A stretch of DNA of 64,000 nucleotides from Selaginella moellendorffii. Lineage: Eukaryota; Plantae; Lycopodiophyta. Location of the stretch: positions 1,014,463 through 1,078,462 of the forward strand of contig NW_003314266.1 of NCBI RefSeq assembly GCF_000143415.4, given 5' to 3'. Made by a program: the position numbers and the translations under genes. Under the pieces are notes generated by a model. The model did no database searches. It worked only from the letters and a program-made list of their open reading frames with translations, and was not told the origin of the DNA. This document shows positions 58,828-64,000 of this stretch, piece after piece (positions within the stretch are counted from its first letter, which is position 1; each line of letters starts with the position of its first letter).

Positions 58828-60938
58828 ACTCCACCACCCATATACAAAGTTCGATGTCCTCATTAAATAATAAACCATTTATAAACTAATACCAGCATAT
58901 ATTACCCTTTCCATCCTTAGCACCAAGTCAATATTTGTTGATGGTTTGGCACCCAAAACTCACCATGTCTTGCCCATCTTTTAAGGAGTATAGTCTCTCT
59001 AACATAGAGACTCATTCAACCACTTGTGATGGTTTTCTCCCTTTATTGGTTTAATTCTCGCTAAACCTATTAGAGATATCTTTTTTATCTCCATCCCACT
59101 ATTCATTCTCGAGTAATTTTAGCTTCTATTGATATAACTATTGCACTTTAGAACTTTTAATTTGACTTCTCGAAGTCAATTTTTTGGGTGTCTCCAACAC
59201 TTTGCATTATATATATTATGCAAACTCCACTTTTTCATCTTAGGAAGTTCTTTACTTGAGGGCACTATCATCCTTTTATATTTCATACCAGTTTGTTCTT
59301 TACAATTATCTTCCCTAAGTCAAAAGCTATCTCATTTTTGGTAGAAGTAGCCTAATTCTCTCTTCAACATTTCCTCTCCCTACTATCCAATATCTTTCAC
59401 ACCGCTAAAAAAAAAGAGAGGCAAAAATCCAAAGACACTAAATGTAATAATTTATTCAAGAGGTTGTGAAACAAGTGGTGTTCTGAGACAGAGCACAATT
59501 GTTACTGGGATGATGTCAAGGGGATAAAGTATGCCTACAACTGATACAAAGTCAAGATCATGGGTTTTCCTTTGTTTTAGACTAAGTGTGATTAATTATT
59601 AGGGGATTAATAAGAATTATAGACCCTTTGGATAGAGACTATAGTACCAATTTTGGAAGATAAAATACAAGAGAAAGTTTTGATGAGAAGCAAAAAACAA
59701 ATGGGTGGTGTGATGGAAAGCAATATGTAAGCGGCTAATTTTTCCATTCTACTTTAATCACTTAACCACACCTCCAACCACTTGGAAGAGTCTCGTTCAC
59801 AACCTCCATAAGTCCAATTCAAGACTTGGGGCTTGCTAACCCCAAGGATGGCATCCATACCACTCAACCTTTGCACTTGGTCAAAGTGCTCCACGTGTCT
59901 GATCCCATGACCGACACCCCAAGGTACCACTGACATATCAGACTATTACGCTAAAGCCCTGCCCATTCATTTTAGTCACACTGGTGGTCCAACACCACCT
60001 GCCTCATAGTCCCGTCTATCAGAGTCTGCAGCCATCTGTCCAAGAGTGATCATCCCAAATCCACTCCTTAGCATCCTTAGGATGCCCGTAGACATGGAGA
60101 ATAGCCTTCCCCCATATCCTTTTTGTGGTCCCCACCAAATTCTTTTTTGTCCATNNNNNNNNNNNNNNNNNNNNNNNNNNNNNNNNNNNNNNNNNNNNNN
60201 NNNNNNNNNNNNNNNNNNNNNNNNNNNNNNNNNNNNNNNNNNNNNNNNNNNNNNNNNNNNNNNNNNNNNNNNNNNNNNNNNNNNNNNNNNNNNNNNNNNN
60301 NNNNCCATCTCAGACTCCATCTCTGGTCCATCTCAGACTCCATCTCGGGTCCATCTCAAGTCCATTTCAAACTCCATCTCGGGCTTTTCCACGTGTCATA
60401 TGTTGGTCCTCTTGTATCCCTTTTTTAAAGACTCATTTATTGCTTGCTTCGTGCTCATTCCTTGAGCCCTTCATTAGGAGTTCCACTCCCACTCTCAACT
60501 TTTTGAGTCAAAATTTTTAATCTAAATGTGTTACGCTCATTTAGCTTTTGCCTCCGCCATTACCACATGGCACCCTTTTGGCTCCCCTTTGGGGCCTAAG
60601 GATTTTGTGTCTCATTCAACACTGGCACTATTAACAAAGTTGTGTTAAAAAAGCAAACCTTTGGATGGCTATAGTGACAATTAAGACCAAAGCATAAAAA
60701 AGCTCCAACTCTCTAGATAACAATGGTTTTTCCATGCTCACTTCTTTTAGAGTTCATGGAGTTTCCTTCCAAGTCTGGACATAAAGCTATGTCGTTCATG
60801 AATCATATATATAGCAAATACATAATTGTGATAATAGAGAGACAAAACTGCAATCAAGGTTTTAAGAAGGTTGGATGTGTAATTTTTCAATGGCTATGCA
60901 TTGCAACTTTTATTTCTCTCTCACTCTTCAAGTTTGCA

Positions 60939-61030
60939 ATGTTTTTGCTCTCTCTTCTTCTACCTTCTTGCTTGCTTACAATGGTGGAGCATGCCATGGT
61001 GGCTCAGGATCATGTGCCACTTGGAGCTGT
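60939..61030 (+). pseudogene. Relic of the signal-peptide region of a hevein-like gene
   Basis: CAATGGTGGAGCATGCCATGGTGGCTCAGG (MVEHA-MV-AQ) resembles [11 protein letters not shown] of 62006-62242; no cysteine domain follows. Confidence 0.4.
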
Positions 61031-62005
61031 TAATTTTTTGTGCTCTCCCTTCCATTCTCAAAAGCAAGTTATAAGAATCACAAAAGAATGTTTGTCTTGT
61101 GATCATGGCTTCAATCCTGCTTAGATTCTTGAGTTTTGATTCACCTTTCTATTGCACGATTTTGCCAGTGTAAGACTTCTATAAGAAGCTTTCTTTCCAG
61201 TAAATCCACTCCTACCCACTCTATATCTGGCAATTTGAATCAGCCCCACCCAATCTCTTGGTATATGTTATAGGAATATCAACAAATAAAAGATATTGAA
61301 ATTGAAAGGATTCCAACTACAATCCTACCACTCTAGATATAGAGCTCAGACAGCTGTGCATCACAAGTGATAGAGCCAACCTTGCTTGGTAAAACCAAAA
61401 TGCTTATTATGTGAATCACAGCCCAGTCCTTCAGGTTGGACTCAACTTGGAATTGCCATCGCATTAGCTCATCTCTTAGCTGCGCAGCTATAAGATGAGT
61501 TAGTGAGATAGTAATGCTCATATGTGCTAAAAAATGCTGATGTTCCTGCAAAGTGCCACATAACACGTTATGACCATGAACACTATAAATTCTTACAGTC
61601 TGCCTTAAAAAACAGCCGATGCAAAAGAGAGGATGTCTCTCTACATGTGTGCTACTGCTCTAGCACTCAACAGATCACTACAGTTTCTACATTGAAGCCC
61701 CAAATAAAAAGTCAATCAGAGGTCTTACACCATTGTAAGGAAGGCCGCTCTTGTATTTGAATGGGAAGCCAAGGGAAATAGTGTGGCTTCTAAAAAAGCT
61801 ATTCCATGCAGTAAAAGGAATCCACCATACTAACCTGCAGTGTATTGGGCATCATGATGAAGGAGATTGCATTGGATGAGATTCTTAATGCGTTCAGCTT
61901 GGTAACTTAGCAAACATAACAAAAGACAATAGAGGACACCAGTGCTTATTTAGATATTATTCGCAACTTTCATGTTGCAGGTGTCTAGCACATTAGATGG
62001 AATAT

Positions 62006-62242
62006 TTAGTTGCATCTCCCATAGCCGCGCTGGCAGCCCGCGCCACAGAAAGCAGATGTCGATCCGCAGTAGCCAAACTGGCTGCAGCACAGGCCCCGGT
62101 TGCAGGAGGCTCTGCCACCCTGACGACCGCAACAGGGACGGGATCCACACGCTGCCTGAGCTTCCACCATATTCGCGTGCTCCACCATTGCAACAACGAA
62201 CATGCACAGGAAGAAAGCAGCGAAAGCACGAAGGGACGCCAT
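62006..62242 (-). CDS. Secreted hevein-like (chitin-binding type 1) peptide with 10 Cys
   Basis: Signal peptide [24 protein letters not shown]; CGRQGG...C...[21 protein letters not shown]...C; TATA box TATATAAA at ~62312-62319. Confidence 0.9.
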   Translation of the reverse strand: MASLRAFAAFFLCMFVVAMVEHANMVEAQAACGSRPCCGRQGGRASCNRGLCCSQFGYCGSTSAFCGAGCQRGYGRCN

Positions 62243-64000
62243 TGCAAAGAGTAGCGCTTTAACTATGGATAGAGCTGAGCAGTGTTTGATTGAATGGAGA
62301 GGCTGGGTACATTTATATAGTGGGGGGGTGGGCAAGCGAAGTCCTTGGGTTACATCACAACTTTTGAAAATCTAGAGCGCACGTTTGTTCGTTTTGCAAT
62401 TAAGTATTTTCTATATGAGCACATTGAACGTGAAAAGACTTTAGCTCCATGATCTACCAGCCCTATTGCGAATATAGGGCGACAAATCCTATCGAATTTT
62501 TCGCACCAAAAGACGAAACGCTGGAGGAAGGCGACACTGTGCGCTGTCAGGGCTCGATCTTGACACATTTGCATTTGAAGTGTGACACAAGACCTCATCT
62601 GACCATTGAGCGAAGTTTCGTAAGAAGCATGCGGGTTGATTTCTGTGAAAGTAGGTTACGTTAACCAAATCAGTAAACTCAAGCTCAGATTGTTTTGGAA
62701 AACTAACCGGTTTCAGTGGGGGGATTATTGCAGTCCTTCCGTATGTAGTTGGGAAGCTTATAACATAGCACAATGTTCAGCCAGCTATCTTCAAAAGACT
62801 GCATGTAAATAAGCATCATTAGACAGAATGCGAGGCAGTCTTGGAAATGCAGCTCGCTTGTAAGTTTGTGGTTTGGTTTGCTGGTTTATACTACACATTG
62901 TTCGAGCTTGGGGAGAAACCAAAATAGGTTGCTGCATTGAAATGCAGGTATGATTTCCTTCGCAACGCTCAAGCACGGTCTGCTGCGTGGAAGCAAAATC
63001 TCAGGCAGCAGTAACACCTACTCGGGCAGCTCAAGCAGCGCAAGCCCACACACCAGCCACGGAATCAGTTCACTCTGAGATCTAGACATTTGTCCTGTTT
63101 CCTCAAAGGAAAAGTTCCACCAAGCTTTGCCAATTGAATGTCCTTATTCCGATGAATTCTCGACTAGGCCTTACACAGCTTCTTTCTAAGCTCCTTCTTG
63201 AGCTGCATTGGACCAACAGTTAGTGAATGTTAACATAAAAATCAGGAAATTACCACTTTTACGGAAACCTGGGTTAATTTCTTCATAAGATCCAGACGAT
63301 GACTCTACCAGGTTCTGGAGATCTTCATTCCAAGTTAAGACATGATTGACATTTGTTGCATGAGTTCTCTGGGAAAGACGTTCCAAGTCGCTCACGCATG
63401 GCAGCAACTCACAAGGTATCTAGTTAATGCATATCTTACTACAAAATTCAAAACGTACCTTTGATATGAACTTGCTTCAGCTCGACCCCTCTTGACGAAA
63501 CCAAAAGCATCCAAGATCAAGTACTTGTATTAATATTCCGCCCAAACAAATGGATATATCCGGTCGAAAGGGTGTGAATCTTTGAGCCTTGCAAGCAACA
63601 GCCTTGCCGCTCATCATTTAGCCAGAAGTCTCCCATCATTAGAACGTATGTTAGAAAATCCTCTGGAACATGATAGGATTAGATAAGTTAGAGCAAACGG
63701 AAAGAAAAGCAAGAATTACCTAAGACTGGCTTCGGTTCTTAAGTATGAATAGGCTCCTCAACATCGATGCTCCTCCCCATCACATGTGGTGTCCATTTGA
63801 TCCGTCAACCTCTGGAGCGCGGCTCCACAGCGACCGACCTGTTCAACTGTGCTCTCTCATCGGTTCTCTTCCGCCTCAGCTTTCATCTTTCGACGCTCTT
63901 CATTTAGCCTCCCCAAAGCTTTGCGTCTGATACACGTCTAGATCAGCTCGAGCTTTTTAGCAATCTCAACTGAGCCTTGAAGGCTGGCGAGAAGATATTG

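Noticed and set aside
62900-64000. Possible spliced minus-strand gene fragment (LQNLVE..GSYEEINPG, faintly like V-ATPase subunit a)
   Set aside because: Match too short and exons cannot be joined into an open frame; truncated by the window edge.

Overview
Eukaryotic plant nuclear DNA, most likely a lycophyte (Selaginella-type). This is inferred from the very compact gene spacing, 50-80 nt introns, abundant P- and PLS-class PPR genes and a nuclear accD. Bases 1-35.7 kb are gene-dense: four PPR genes, DCC1, a UPF0643-like gene, a BONOBO/HECATE-type bHLH, PAM16, an HNH nuclease, an AT-hook protein, a starch synthase, GIL1/IRKI, importin-4, RGP/UAM, NAGK, an A20/AN1 SAP, a DRMY1-like MYB and a nuclear, transit-peptide-bearing accD. 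Bases ~38-60.6 kb are a nested transposon cluster. A decayed Ty3/gypsy element is interrupted by two Cassandra (5S-bearing) TRIM insertions, a second TRIM family, two solo LTRs and a 12.8-kb Mutator-like DNA transposon (40479-53267, 9-bp TSD). The most striking feature is that Mutator-like element. Besides its GCM/DDE/SWIM transposase it carries a spliced gene for a ParB-like domain fused to a bacterial-type (beta-class, N6A/N4C) DNA methyltransferase fold, further small ORFs, and clustered TGTCA motifs. This copy is pseudogenised. A 10-Cys hevein-like peptide gene lies near the end. All calls are from reading the sequence by eye, with no database searches.
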